NCBI GenBank assembly: GCA_022794615.1
Contig: JAAWFD010000006.1
Span: forward strand, 1,837-65,836
Reading direction: 5' to 3'
Source: Clostridia bacterium
GTDB taxonomy: Bacteria; Bacillota; Clostridia; TANB77; CAG-508
Length of the DNA stretch: 64,000 nucleotides
Shown: piece by piece, positions 47,829 to 58,605 of the stretch
Position numbering within the stretch: position 1 is the stretch's first letter
Layout of the letters: every line of letters starts with the position of its first letter
Made by a program: the position numbers and the translations under genes
The notes under the pieces: model-generated
Database searches by the model: none
Seen by the model: the letters and a program-made list of their open reading frames with translations, nothing else
What the model was told of the DNA's origin: nothing

Positions 47829-49073
47829 TTAAGGAGCTTCTTGTAAAATAACTGTAATTTCTTTCTCTGCTCTATTTCTATAAACTGTTAATTTAAGTTC
47901 ATCTCCAATTTTAAGAGAATTTTTAACAGCTTCTAAATCATCAAAAGTTTTAACAGTAGTACCATTAGCTCTGATAATGACATCTCCAACTTTTAATCCA
48001 GCTTTTTCAGCAGCAGAGAATTCCTCAATAGCTTTTATATAAACACCTACAACTGTGTTATTTCTTTTTGCAGTTTCTTCATCTAAATCTTGTGCAGAAA
48101 TACCAATATAAGGTCTTAAAACTTTTTTGTGTTCCATAAGGTCATTAATAACATTTAAAGTAGAATTTATAGGAATAGCAAATCCAATACCTTCAACACC
48201 TGTACCAGAAAGTTTTAAAGTATTAATTCCAATAACTTTACCTTCACTATTAACTAAAGCACCACCACTATTACCTGAATTGATTGCAGCATTAGTTTGA
48301 ATACAAGTAAATGCATTACCATCATTACTTGAAACTTGTCGGTTTACAGCACTTACAATACCATCAGTAATACTATTTTCTAATCCTAAAGGATTTCCAA
48401 CAGCCATAACGAACTCTCCAATTTTTACATTATCAGAATTAGCAAATTCTGCTGGTGTTAAATCCTGAGCATCAATTTTTATAACAGCTAAGTCTGTTTT
48501 AGAGTCTTTACCAATTATTGTAGCATTATAAACTGTATCATCATTATATAATTTTACTTTAATACTTTTAGCTTCTGATACATTGTAGTATGAATAAGAG
48601 GAAGTTGAAGAACTATCTACAACGTGATTATTAGTAACAATGTATCCATCTTTGCTAATAATAATTCCTGATCCTGAAGCAGTTGCAGTAGATGTAGCAC
48701 CTGCACCTCCAAATAGAGATAAAGAACTTGTTACATTAAATTCAATTTCAATTCCGACTATTGATGGTAGTATTTTATTAGATGCATAAATAGCAGTATC
48801 AGAATAATTAGATAAAGATATTTGTTCTACTGTACCATTATTGTTACCACCACTAAATGAAGATGTAGGAACTTGAACACCTGAATTTGAAGTGTTAAAT
48901 AACTTATTCTTTATAGTTGGTGACCCAAAACATATTCCTATTATTAATGTAGAGCCTACAATACCACTAAAAAATGGTAATAATATACTTTTGGTAAAGT
49001 TTATATGTGATTTTTTTGAAGTATTATCATTAAAATTACTAGCGGAAACTATTTCGAATTTTTTTTCTTCCAT
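47829..49073 (-). CDS. htrA: HtrA/DegP-family serine protease with a PDZ domain
   Basis: It has a TM anchor, the catalytic motifs TNNHVV, DLAVIK and GNSGGALVN, and a C-terminal PDZ domain. Confidence 0.92.
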   Translation of the reverse strand: MEEKKFEIVSASNFNDNTSKKSHINFTKSILLPFFSGIVGSTLIIGICFGSPTIKNKLFNTSNSGVQVPTSSFSGGNNNGTVEQISLSNYSDTAIYASNKILPSIVGIEIEFNVTSSLSLFGGAGATSTATASGSGIIISKDGYIVTNNHVVDSSSTSSYSYYNVSEAKSIKVKLYNDDTVYNATIIGKDSKTDLAVIKIDAQDLTPAEFANSDNVKIGEFVMAVGNPLGLENSITDGIVSAVNRQVSSNDGNAFTCIQTNAAINSGNSGGALVNSEGKVIGINTLKLSGTGVEGIGFAIPINSTLNVINDLMEHKKVLRPYIGISAQDLDEETAKRNNTVVGVYIKAIEEFSAAEKAGLKVGDVIIRANGTTVKTFDDLEAVKNSLKIGDELKLTVYRNRAEKEITVILQEAP

Positions 49074-49272
49074 ATTTAAATACCTCCTAAATTAAATAAG
49101 GAGTAAAACTCCTTGGTTTTTAATTCTACAAAATGCATAAATACATTTAAAATAGAACTTAATTTACTTTTTCAAATATATAATACACCATTTCTGTGAA
49201 AAAAATGTGAAAAAAGTGTAAAAATTGGATTTTGGTAATAAATACAACATATATATGTGTGTATAATGGAAT

Positions 49273-49803
49273 CTAACCTTGTAGTAATAAATCTAAAATC
49301 TTAGGGAAAATTGTATGAGCATTTTGATTCCAATTATCAACTATTTTCTTAGCATTATCACGAGAGCCAGCGAATGTGCTTACTTCAAAAATAGTTTGAT
49401 TATTTTCTATAATTTTGCATTTTATTGTATAGTCAGTTTCATTTTTAGGAATATATTCAGCTACAACAGAAGATTCTTCAGCCATAGCTATTAATTTTTC
49501 TTTATACAAATTGTCTGCTTTTAGCTTTACAATTCCTGGTAATAAATCTTTTGTAAGAGATAATGCGTTTTTTCCTTCAGTTGTTATCTTAAAAACTGTT
49601 TCTGTATCTTTTGTATATGAAGCTACTAATCTAGTTTCAACTAAATCATTGAATATTTGTCCAAAATAGAAATAATTTAAATCATTTATTGAAGTGATAA
49701 TATTAAATAGATTGGCTTCTGTAATATCTGCATTTATTTTATTAAGCATATATAATATTAAAACTTTGTTTTCAGCAAGTGTATTGCTATCTAAATCTGA
49801 CAT
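49273..49803 (-). CDS. DUF4364-family protein
   Basis: LAENKVLILYMLNKIN is the pattern typical of DUF4364. GGAGG is spaced correctly for the second ATG (49803). Confidence 0.65.
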   Translation of the reverse strand: MSDLDSNTLAENKVLILYMLNKINADITEANLFNIITSINDLNYFYFGQIFNDLVETRLVASYTKDTETVFKITTEGKNALSLTKDLLPGIVKLKADNLYKEKLIAMAEESSVVAEYIPKNETDYTIKCKIIENNQTIFEVSTFAGSRDNAKKIVDNWNQNAHTIFPKILDLLLQG

Positions 49804-49897
49804 ATGCATACCTCCTTATTGTTTTTTAAATTATACCATAAAAATGGCAAAAGTAAAGAGGGAACAAGTCCCTCTAAAAATACTATTATATATATTA

Positions 49898-50797
49898 CTA
49901 TTTATTATCTTTCATAATCTCTTTGATTGCCCCTAAACTACTTAAAGCACTTGTTGCTTCAAAAGGAATGAATATTTTATTAGCATTACCTTTAGCAACT
50001 TCTTGTAAAGCTTCTAATGACTTTAATTGAACTAATCTTTCATCTGGGTTAGCATTTTTCATTGCTTCATAAACCATAGATATTTCTTTAGCTTTAGCTT
50101 CAGCAACTTCTTTAATAGCTTGTGCCTCACCGGCAGCTCTTCTTACAGCAGCTTCTTTATCAGCTTCTGCTTCTAGAATAGCAGCCTCTTTTTTACCTTC
50201 TGCAATAGTAATAGCAGATTGTCTTTGAGCTTCAGCTTCTAGAATTAAAGCTCTTTTATTTCTTTCTGCATTCATTTGTTTTTCCATTGCGTCTCTAATA
50301 TCAGCAGGTGGGTTAATGTCTTTAATTTCAACTCTATCAATTTTACATCCCCATCTATCAGTTGCTTCATCTAATATAACTCTTAATTGTTGGTTAATAG
50401 CATCTCTTGAACTGAAAGTTTCATCTAAGTCCATTTTACCAACAATATCACGAATAGTAGTGATAGCAAGATATTCAATACCTTTCTTTAAACTTTGAAT
50501 TTCATAAACAGCTTTAGCAGGATCTGTTATTTGATAGAAAACAACAGTATCTATTGTAATTGTAACATTATCTTTAGTAATAACTCCTTGAGGTGGGATA
50601 TCCATAGTTTGTTGTTTTAAACTAACAACACTTCTCACATGATCCATAAAAGGAACTATAATTGTAAGACCTGCATCAGCAACCTTATGGAATTTACCTA
50701 ATCTTTCGATTATATAAACCTCAGCTTGTTTAACAACTTTAATTGATTTAAATGCGATAACTAACACTATGATTAGAACTATAATTAAAAACCACAT
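49898..50797 (-). CDS. SPFH/band-7 (stomatin-like) protein
   Basis: It has an N-terminal TM segment, a PHB domain and an Ala/Glu-rich coiled coil. Confidence 0.92.
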   Translation of the reverse strand: MWFLIIVLIIVLVIAFKSIKVVKQAEVYIIERLGKFHKVADAGLTIIVPFMDHVRSVVSLKQQTMDIPPQGVITKDNVTITIDTVVFYQITDPAKAVYEIQSLKKGIEYLAITTIRDIVGKMDLDETFSSRDAINQQLRVILDEATDRWGCKIDRVEIKDINPPADIRDAMEKQMNAERNKRALILEAEAQRQSAITIAEGKKEAAILEAEADKEAAVRRAAGEAQAIKEVAEAKAKEISMVYEAMKNANPDERLVQLKSLEALQEVAKGNANKIFIPFEATSALSSLGAIKEIMKDNK

Positions 50798-50861
50798 TTT
50801 AAAAAACCTCCTTTAATACATATGTATCTATATTAATAATAAAATATTAATAACTATAAAA

Positions 50862-51302
50862 TTATTTTGTAGAAGTAACTGCTAAACGCTTTACATAAGC
50901 TTTAACACCTTCTATTTTAACGATTTCAACTTCAGTACCTTTTTCAATAGTAGTATTTTCATCACAAAGAGCAGACCAAGTTTCACCATTAACTTTTATT
51001 AAACCTTTACCATCTGTAGTATTTATCTCATCTACAACTATAGCTTTTTTGCCATTTAGTGTATATACATTTGTTGGAACAACTTTTTTAGTATCAAATT
51101 TATCTACAAATGGTCTAGTAGCGAAAATAAGTATAGTTGAAGCTATTACAAATACAGCTGTTTGAAATTCGACTGATGGAATAAAAAAACTTACAACCAT
51201 AGATATTAGACTACCAATTGATAACCAAAATACTAAAAAACCTGTTGTAGCAATTTCAATAATTAAAAATACTCCTGCTAAAATTAACCAAATTTGCCAC
51301 AT
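50862..51302 (-). CDS. NfeD-family membrane protein
   Basis: It has three TM segments and a C-terminal OB-fold. It lies immediately upstream of the SPFH gene, the classic NfeD-SPFH pairing. Confidence 0.88.
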   Translation of the reverse strand: MWQIWLILAGVFLIIEIATTGFLVFWLSIGSLISMVVSFFIPSVEFQTAVFVIASTILIFATRPFVDKFDTKKVVPTNVYTLNGKKAIVVDEINTTDGKGLIKVNGETWSALCDENTTIEKGTEVEIVKIEGVKAYVKRLAVTSTK

Positions 51303-51520
51303 AATTACACCTCCTAGAAATATAATACAATTATACTATAAAATTTGAAAAAATTAAATAGATTTATTAAAAATTATTGTAAAAAAGATGAAATAATGAT
51401 AAAATTTGAAAAAATAATTAAATTTTCCAGGTGGCGGTAATCACCGTTGCCTAGAAAAAAAGCTACAATATAAAAAAGATACATATGCAAACAAAAAATT
51501 ACAATAGAGGAGATGGCAAA

Positions 51521-52423
51521 ATGAAAGTGAACGAAAAAATTGAAAATTCAATAGGACAAGAAAACATATTATATAATGAAAATATGAGTAAACACACAAC
51601 ATTCAAAACAGGAGGTCCAGCAGAAATATTTGTAAAAGTAGACAATATTAAAAAACTAAAAGAAGTATTACAAATAGCAAAAGAGCAAAAAGAAGAAATA
51701 CATATATTAGGAAACGGGAGCAATTTATTAGTACAAGATAACGGGATAAAAGGAATTGTAATAAAGATAGATATAAAAGGAATTAATACAAAAGAAAATA
51801 AAGAAAAAATAACAGTAACATTAGGAGCAGGAGAAAAACTAGCATTAATAGGGCAAAAACTAATGCAAGAAGGAATATCAGGATTTGAAGAATTAGCAGG
51901 AATACCAGGAACTATAGGTGGAGCGGTACGCATGAATGCAGGGGCACATGGAAAAGAAATAAAAGACATAATAAAAAAGGTAAAAGCAGTAGACTATGAT
52001 GGAAAAAAATATGAATTAGAAAAAGAAGAAATGCAATTAGAATATAGAAATAGCATATTTGCAAAAGAAAAATACATAATTTATGAAGTAGAAATAGAAC
52101 TAGAAAAAGGAAATAAAGAAGAAATAAAAAACAAGATGGAAGAATACGCAAAATGGAGAAAAGAACATCAACCATTAGAATACCCAAATGCAGGAAGCAC
52201 ATTCAAAAGAGGTGATGACTTCATAACAGCAAAGCTTATAGATGATTGTGAACTAAAAGGATATAAAATAGGTGGAGCACAAATCTCCACAAAACATGCG
52301 GGGTTTGTAGTAAATGCAGAGCAAGCAACTACAGAAGACATATTAAAACTAATAAAATATACAAAAGAACAAGTATACAAAAAATTCAACAAGAAAATTG
52401 AATTAGAAATAGAAATATGGTAA
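51521..52423 (+). CDS. murB: UDP-N-acetylenolpyruvoylglucosamine reductase
   Basis: TFKTGGPAE, GNGSNLL, AGIPGTIGGAVRMNAGAHG and NAGSTFK are present. The start is ATG 51521, after AGAGGAGA. Confidence 0.93.
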   Translation: MKVNEKIENSIGQENILYNENMSKHTTFKTGGPAEIFVKVDNIKKLKEVLQIAKEQKEEIHILGNGSNLLVQDNGIKGIVIKIDIKGINTKENKEKITVTLGAGEKLALIGQKLMQEGISGFEELAGIPGTIGGAVRMNAGAHGKEIKDIIKKVKAVDYDGKKYELEKEEMQLEYRNSIFAKEKYIIYEVEIELEKGNKEEIKNKMEEYAKWRKEHQPLEYPNAGSTFKRGDDFITAKLIDDCELKGYKIGGAQISTKHAGFVVNAEQATTEDILKLIKYTKEQVYKKFNKKIELEIEIW

Positions 52424-52557
52424 GATATTAAAATAAAATATAATAAAAATAAAACTAAAATAATTAAAATAAAGCTAAAAGGTAATAAAAGTAAAATTGA
52501 AAAATAAGTAAGTAAATGATAGTAAAAAATAGAAGTAATTAGGAAGGATTGAAAACA

Positions 52558-54105
52558 ATGAAAGGTTTTTTTGAATGGTTTAAATCAAGTGCAAAGATGA
52601 AAAGATGGATGTTAGTAATATTAATAGGTGTAGTATTAATATGTTATGCAATAGCACAAATATTAGTATATGAAACAGTAGAAGCAACAGCATTAGGAAT
52701 AGGAAAGATAATAGTAACATTTGTAGCAGGATTCTTAATATTAGTATCAGGAATAGTATTTTTAAATAAAAGAACATTAGAACTATTTGTAGAAGCAACA
52801 GATGAAAGAATGGAAAACAAGAAAAATATAAATGTAAAATCTTTAATTTTTAACAAAACGATATATGAAAAAGGACCAAATGTAGTAGTAATAGGTGGAG
52901 GAACAGGATTAAACACAGTATTATCAGGACTAAAAAATTACACAAGTAATATAACAGCAATAGTAACAGTATCAGATTATGGAGAAGAAATAACACATTC
53001 AAGAAAAGAATTAGGAACATTACCAATAGATGATATAAAAGATAGTATGGTTGCATTAGAAAATAAAAAAGGAGACATGAAAAAGATATTAAACCATCAA
53101 TTTCAAGCAGAAAAGCTAAGAGGATTATCATTTGCAGATGTATTCTTTTTAGGAATGAAAGAAATCAATAATGACTTTTCAGAAGCAGTAGTAAAGAGCA
53201 ATGAAGTATTAAATATAGTAGGACGAGTATTACCAGTAACATTAGAAGAAATAAGAATTTCAGCAGAGCTTAATAATGGATATATAGTAAATGAAAAATC
53301 AAGAATACCAGAAGTAGTATCAGACAAAATAACACAAATAAATAGAGTATATATATCACCAACAAACTGTAGACCAGCACCAGGAGTATTAGAAGCAATA
53401 AGAGATGCAGACAGTATAGTAATAGGACCTGGAAGTTTATACACAAATGTAATACCAAACTTATTAGTAAATGGTGTAGCTAAAGCAATTAAAGAAAGTA
53501 AAGCAATAAAGATATATGTAAATAATATAATGACAGAACAAGGACAAACAGATGATTATTCAGTGTCAGACCATATAAATGCAATAATAGACCATTGTGG
53601 TGAAGGAATAATAGACTATTGTATATATGATACAGGAGAAGTAATACCAGAATATATTAAAAGATATAATAGAGAAGGCTCATTCTTAGTAGAACAAGAT
53701 TTAGACAATGTAAAAGGAAGAAAAGTTAAATTTATACAAAAAAATATATCAGCAATATCAGATGGAAAAATAAGACATGATGCTAATTTAGTAGCAAGTT
53801 CTGTAATAGAATTAATATGTAACGATTTAAAATACCAAGACAAACAAAATGACCCACAATATGTAATGTTAAACACAAAATTACAATCAGACAAAAGAAT
53901 TGAGAAAATAAAAAAGAAACAAAGAAGAGCAGAGAAGAGAAAAGGAAGATATTCAATAGATACTAAAGAAAAGAGAACAAGTAAATTCAGCAATAAATAT
54001 AGTGAGAGAATAAAATCTATAAAAGAATCTGACCCAAGAATAAGAGCAAAAAAGTTACAAGCAGATAGAATGAAACGAAGAAGTAGAAACAGAGGTAGAA
54101 ACTAA
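52558..54105 (+). CDS. yvcK: YvcK/CofD-like (UPF0052) protein with an N-terminal two-TM extension and a basic C-terminal tail
   Basis: The core motifs VVVIGGGTGL, VTVSDYG and GPGSLYTNVIPNL are present. The N-terminus has two hydrophobic segments, and the last ~90 aa are Lys/Arg-rich. Confidence 0.85.
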   Translation: MKGFFEWFKSSAKMKRWMLVILIGVVLICYAIAQILVYETVEATALGIGKIIVTFVAGFLILVSGIVFLNKRTLELFVEATDERMENKKNINVKSLIFNKTIYEKGPNVVVIGGGTGLNTVLSGLKNYTSNITAIVTVSDYGEEITHSRKELGTLPIDDIKDSMVALENKKGDMKKILNHQFQAEKLRGLSFADVFFLGMKEINNDFSEAVVKSNEVLNIVGRVLPVTLEEIRISAELNNGYIVNEKSRIPEVVSDKITQINRVYISPTNCRPAPGVLEAIRDADSIVIGPGSLYTNVIPNLLVNGVAKAIKESKAIKIYVNNIMTEQGQTDDYSVSDHINAIIDHCGEGIIDYCIYDTGEVIPEYIKRYNREGSFLVEQDLDNVKGRKVKFIQKNISAISDGKIRHDANLVASSVIELICNDLKYQDKQNDPQYVMLNTKLQSDKRIEKIKKKQRRAEKRKGRYSIDTKEKRTSKFSNKYSERIKSIKESDPRIRAKKLQADRMKRRSRNRGRN

Positions 54106-54129
54106 AGAGAATAGTAAGGGGAGAAAATA

Positions 54130-56145
54130 ATGGTATTTACAAAAGAAAAACTAAATTTAGAAAATGGACTAAAAAGAGAATGGATAATATCAAATGGAAT
54201 AGGTGGATATGCATCATCAACAATAATAGGTATAAACACTAGGAAGTATCATGGACTATTAATAGCACCAATAGCACCACCTGCTGGGAGACAATTAGTA
54301 TTATCAAAAATAGATGAAATGATAGAAATAGATGGAGAACAACATATTTTATATTCAAATATGAATAAGGATTATATATCAAAAGGATATAAATACTTAG
54401 AAAGTTTCCAAAAAGAATATATGCCAATATTTATATATAAAGTCGGAGATGTAGAGATTGAAAAAACAATATGCTTAGAATATAAAAAAAATACAGTAGT
54501 AATAAACTACAAAATAAAGAACAAAAATCATAATACAAAACTAACATTAGCACCATTAATAAATTTTAGAAACTACCATTATACAATGACAGACCATAAA
54601 TTTAAAATTAACCAAGTATATAGAAATGAAAAACTTGAAGTAATTTTAGATGATAATGTATTAAATAAAATATATATAAAAGTATCAGATTCAAAATATA
54701 TAAAACATGAAAACAATAGTTATAAAAATATGTTTTACTTAGAAGAAGAAAGTAGAGGATTTGTTTCTGAAGAAAATCATGCAATACCAGGAATATTTGA
54801 AATAAATGTAGCACCAAATGAAGAAAAAGAAATATCTGTTATATGTTCATTAGAAGAAAATATAGATGAAATAACTGCAAAAAAGATAATAGAAAAAGAA
54901 ATAAAAAGACTAAACAAAATAGTAAAAGATTCATTATTAATAGAAAACAAAAATACAAAAGAGAATGAAGAAGACTTTAAAAAGCAAATGATAATAGCAT
55001 CAGATAATTTTATAACATATAGACCTATGTTTAAAACGCATACCATATTAGCAGGATACCCTTGGTTTTTAGACTGGTCAAGAGACACACTAATATCATT
55101 TGAAGGACTATTATTAATAACAAAAAGATTTAAAATAGCAAAAGAAGTATTATCAACTTGTGTAAAAGATATAAAATGTGGTCTAATTCCAAATGGATAC
55201 TCAGATTATAATAATACACCATTATATAATAGTGCAGATGCATCATTATTATTATTTGAACAAGTCCAAAAATACATAGAATATACAGATGATTTTAAAT
55301 TTATAAAAGACAAAATATATAAAAAATTAAAATCAATAATAGATAATTATTCAAAGGGAATAGACTTAGATGATAATAATATATATTTAGATATTGATGG
55401 ACTAATAGTTTCAGGACAAGACAATACACAAAACACATGGATGGATGCTAAATATGATGGAAAGGCTGTTACACCTAGAAACGGAAAGGTAGTAGAGATA
55501 AATGCATTATGGTATAATGCACTGAAAATAATATCTAAACTTGCAATAAAATTTGGAGAAAAAGAAACCTCAAAAGGATATGAATATTTAGCAGAAGAAT
55601 GTAAAAAATCATTTAGCCAAAGGTTTTATAATAAAAGCAAAAAATGCTTATATGATGTTTTAGGAGATGATAAAATCAGGCCAAACCAATTATTTGCATT
55701 AAGCTTAACATATCCAGTATTAGACCTTCAATCAAAAGAAGCGAAAAATGTTATAAATGTGGTAGAAAAGAAATTATTAACACCATATGGACTAAGAACT
55801 TTAGCTAAAGGAGAGCCAAATTATGTAGAAATATATGAAGGCGATGGATATAAAAGAGATACAAGTTATCATCAAGGAATTACTTGGGTATGGCTACTAG
55901 GACTATATTATAATAGCTTGGTAAATATGTTATCAACAGAAAAAGATAAGCAAGAGAAAGAAAATATAAAATTAAAAATAGAAACATTTAAAAAGAAAAC
56001 GGAAGAAGTATTTAAAAAAGAAATATATGAAAATGCATGTATATGTGGTATTGCAGAACTATATGATTCAGTAAAACCATATAAAGCAGGAGGGACAATT
56101 AATCAAGCTTGGAGTGTAGCAGAAGTATTTAGAATAATACAATAA
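54130..56145 (+). CDS. Glycogen debranching enzyme / amylo-alpha-1,6-glucosidase family
   Basis: NTRKYHGLL, GYPWFLDWSRDTLISFEGL, NTWMDA and the C-terminal GGTINQAWSVAE are present. Confidence 0.88.
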   Translation: MVFTKEKLNLENGLKREWIISNGIGGYASSTIIGINTRKYHGLLIAPIAPPAGRQLVLSKIDEMIEIDGEQHILYSNMNKDYISKGYKYLESFQKEYMPIFIYKVGDVEIEKTICLEYKKNTVVINYKIKNKNHNTKLTLAPLINFRNYHYTMTDHKFKINQVYRNEKLEVILDDNVLNKIYIKVSDSKYIKHENNSYKNMFYLEEESRGFVSEENHAIPGIFEINVAPNEEKEISVICSLEENIDEITAKKIIEKEIKRLNKIVKDSLLIENKNTKENEEDFKKQMIIASDNFITYRPMFKTHTILAGYPWFLDWSRDTLISFEGLLLITKRFKIAKEVLSTCVKDIKCGLIPNGYSDYNNTPLYNSADASLLLFEQVQKYIEYTDDFKFIKDKIYKKLKSIIDNYSKGIDLDDNNIYLDIDGLIVSGQDNTQNTWMDAKYDGKAVTPRNGKVVEINALWYNALKIISKLAIKFGEKETSKGYEYLAEECKKSFSQRFYNKSKKCLYDVLGDDKIRPNQLFALSLTYPVLDLQSKEAKNVINVVEKKLLTPYGLRTLAKGEPNYVEIYEGDGYKRDTSYHQGITWVWLLGLYYNSLVNMLSTEKDKQEKENIKLKIETFKKKTEEVFKKEIYENACICGIAELYDSVKPYKAGGTINQAWSVAEVFRIIQ

Positions 56146-56159
56146 AAAGGAAAAGAAGA

Positions 56160-56645
56160 ATGAGAATTTTAGGAATAGACCCAGGGTTTGCAATAACAGG
56201 GTATAGTATAATAGATTATATAGGAAATAAATTTTCACTAATAACATCAGGTGCAGTAACAACAGAAGCGGGAGTATCATTTCCACTACGATTAGAAAAA
56301 ATGTATAGAGATTTAGATGGAATAATAAAAACATATAAACCTGATGCTATGTCAATAGAAGAACTGTTTTTTAACAACAATGCCAAAACGGCAATAAATG
56401 TAGCTCAAGCAAGGGGAGTAATTTTAGTCGTTGCAAGAATGAATGGATTAGCTACATATGAATATACACCTTTACAAGTAAAGCAAGCAGTTGTAGGATA
56501 TGGAAGAGCAGATAAAATGCAAGTACAAAGAATGGTAAAAATGATACTGAATACTGATAAATTGCCCAAGTTAGATGATATAACAGATAGTATGGCAATA
56601 GGGATTTGCCATGCACATTCTGCAAAATTTGCAGAGAAATTATAA
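56160..56645 (+). CDS. ruvC: Holliday junction resolvase RuvC
   Basis: MRILGIDPG, IEELFF and DSMAIGICHA are present. Confidence 0.95.
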   Translation: MRILGIDPGFAITGYSIIDYIGNKFSLITSGAVTTEAGVSFPLRLEKMYRDLDGIIKTYKPDAMSIEELFFNNNAKTAINVAQARGVILVVARMNGLATYEYTPLQVKQAVVGYGRADKMQVQRMVKMILNTDKLPKLDDITDSMAIGICHAHSAKFAEKL

Positions 56646-56702
56646 TAAACGTAGAATAATAGATTTACAAGTTTATAAAATAAGAAGATTAAGGAAATAA
56701 TA

Positions 56703-57722
56703 ATGGTAAGCATAGTAGAATTAGAGAAAAAATTAAATAATGAAAAAATAGAAAGTATGTATTTATTCTGGGGAGAGGAAAAATACATACTTGATAATTG
56801 TGTAAAGAAAATAATAAAATTATTTGGTGAAACAGTTAAAGGAATTAACTATATACAGATAGATGAAAGTAATGTACAAGAGATAATATCAGATATAGAA
56901 ACACCAGCATTTGGATTTGACAAAAAATTGATAATAGCAAAGAATACAAGTCTTTTTAAAAGAGAAGGAAGAAAGAAAAACATTGAAATTGAAAAACTAA
57001 AAGAAAAGATAGAAACATATATAAATGATAATATAGAAGAATTAAAAGAAAGTGTAGTTTTAATTTTTATAGAAGAAGAGGCAGACAAAGGAAAACTACT
57101 AGATTTAATAGACAAAAATGGAATAACATGTAAATTTGATGAGCAAAAACCAATAGAGCTACAAAAAAGATTAAAGGCTATTTGTGATATGTATAAAGTA
57201 AATATTGATATTAGTACTTTGCAATATTTTATAGAATGTTGCGGAACTAATATGCAAATATTAATTAATGAAATTAGAAAATTAATAGAATATGTTGGAA
57301 GTGGAGAGACAATTCAGAAAGAAGATATTGATAAACTTTCTATTAGACAAATTGAAAGTATAATATTTGACTTAACAGATAATTTAGGGCAAAAGAATGT
57401 ATCAAAGGCATTAGAAGTATTGCATAATTTGATTTATACAAAAGAGCCTATTCAAAAGATATTAATTACTTTATATAATCATTTTAAGAAGTTATATATT
57501 GTCAAAATATGTGTTAAATATAATAAAGATATAGTTTCAAGTTTGAATTTAAAACCTAATCAGACTTTTTTGGTTAATAAATATAAAAATCAATCACGAC
57601 TTTTTACAGAGGAAAATCTTGAAATAATTATTAATGAATTAATAGACTTGGATTATAAGTATAAAATCGGATTGATTGATATAGATATTGGCTTAGAGGC
57701 AATTTTATGTGCATATGTTTAA
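56703..57722 (+). CDS. holA: DNA polymerase III delta subunit
   Basis: The length and pattern fit (YLFWGEEKYIL, the NxxxLxNEIxKL-like LINEIRKLIEY). Confidence 0.85.
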   Translation: MVSIVELEKKLNNEKIESMYLFWGEEKYILDNCVKKIIKLFGETVKGINYIQIDESNVQEIISDIETPAFGFDKKLIIAKNTSLFKREGRKKNIEIEKLKEKIETYINDNIEELKESVVLIFIEEEADKGKLLDLIDKNGITCKFDEQKPIELQKRLKAICDMYKVNIDISTLQYFIECCGTNMQILINEIRKLIEYVGSGETIQKEDIDKLSIRQIESIIFDLTDNLGQKNVSKALEVLHNLIYTKEPIQKILITLYNHFKKLYIVKICVKYNKDIVSSLNLKPNQTFLVNKYKNQSRLFTEENLEIIINELIDLDYKYKIGLIDIDIGLEAILCAYV

Positions 57723-57817
57723 AGTTATTGCTTTTTTGGTAAATAACTTGACAATATAACTTATATTATTAGAAGGAAAATTACATGTATACTGTTAGAT
57801 GTAAATAAATGAGTTAC

Positions 57818-57838
57818 AGAAGCCATTGGCTTCTTTTT
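57818..57838 (+). terminator. Terminator downstream of holA
   Basis: AGAAGC-CATTG-GCTTCT plus TTTTT. Confidence 0.55.
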
Positions 57839-57894
57839 ATGTTACCATTTCAATAAAAACAAAAAAATAATAGGATAGTACATATGGAAAAGTA

Positions 57895-57923
57895 TTGATT
57901 TTTAACAGTCTGTATAGTAAAAT
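57895..57923 (+). promoter_or_regulatory. Promoter of the scpB-proS unit
   Basis: TTGATT (57895-57900), 17 nt, then TAAAAT (57918-57923). Confidence 0.45.
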
Positions 57924-57975
57924 ATAGGAAAATAAAGTAATAGGAGGAGCATGGCACAAAAGTCATACTAAAAAT

Positions 57976-58605
57976 ATGGAAATAGAAGAAACGAAAAAGA
58001 TAATAGAAGCAATACTATTTGCAACAGGGAGAATAGTTACAGAAGAAGAACTAATAATGGTATTAGAAAAATCAAAAGAAGATATAAAATTAATAATCCA
58101 AACTATGCAAGAAGAATATCAGAAAAGAGGAATAGAAATAATAAAAATTGACAATGGATATCAACTATGCACAAAAAAGGCATATTATGAATATATATAT
58201 CCGATAATAGATAAGAGAAACAAGCCAAAACTATCAGGAGCATCATTAGAAGTGCTAGCAATAATAGCATACAACGAGGATACTACAAGAGCTGATATAG
58301 AAGCGATAAGAGGTGTAAATAGTGATGCATCTATATATAAATTACTAGAATATGGATTAATAGAAGAGGCAGGAAAATTAGACTTACCAGGAAGACCAAT
58401 ATCATATAAAACAACAAAAGAATTTTTAAGACTATTTGGATACGAAAGTTTAGAAAGTTTACCAGAATTGCCGAGATACAAAATGGATGAAAATAGACAA
58501 ATTGTAATAGATGACATAGTAAAAAAAGAAGCAGACAAAAAGAATGAAGATAATTTAATAGAAGAGAATACAAATAAAGATCAAGAAGAAGGGAAAGAGG
58601 AATAA
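57976..58605 (+). CDS. scpB: Segregation and condensation protein B
   Basis: IEAILFATGRIVTEEEL, LSGASLEVLAIIAY and GRPISYKTT are present. Confidence 0.92.
   Translation: MEIEETKKIIEAILFATGRIVTEEELIMVLEKSKEDIKLIIQTMQEEYQKRGIEIIKIDNGYQLCTKKAYYEYIYPIIDKRNKPKLSGASLEVLAIIAYNEDTTRADIEAIRGVNSDASIYKLLEYGLIEEAGKLDLPGRPISYKTTKEFLRLFGYESLESLPELPRYKMDENRQIVIDDIVKKEADKKNEDNLIEENTNKDQEEGKEE

Noticed and set aside
57792-57815. A 7-codon ORF (MYTVRCK) with RBS GAAGGA just upstream of a terminator, considered as a possible leader-peptide attenuator for scpB-proS.
   Set aside because: It has no Pro codons, and no alternative antiterminator pairing is evident. The hairpin is adequately explained as the holA terminator, and a separate promoter follows it.
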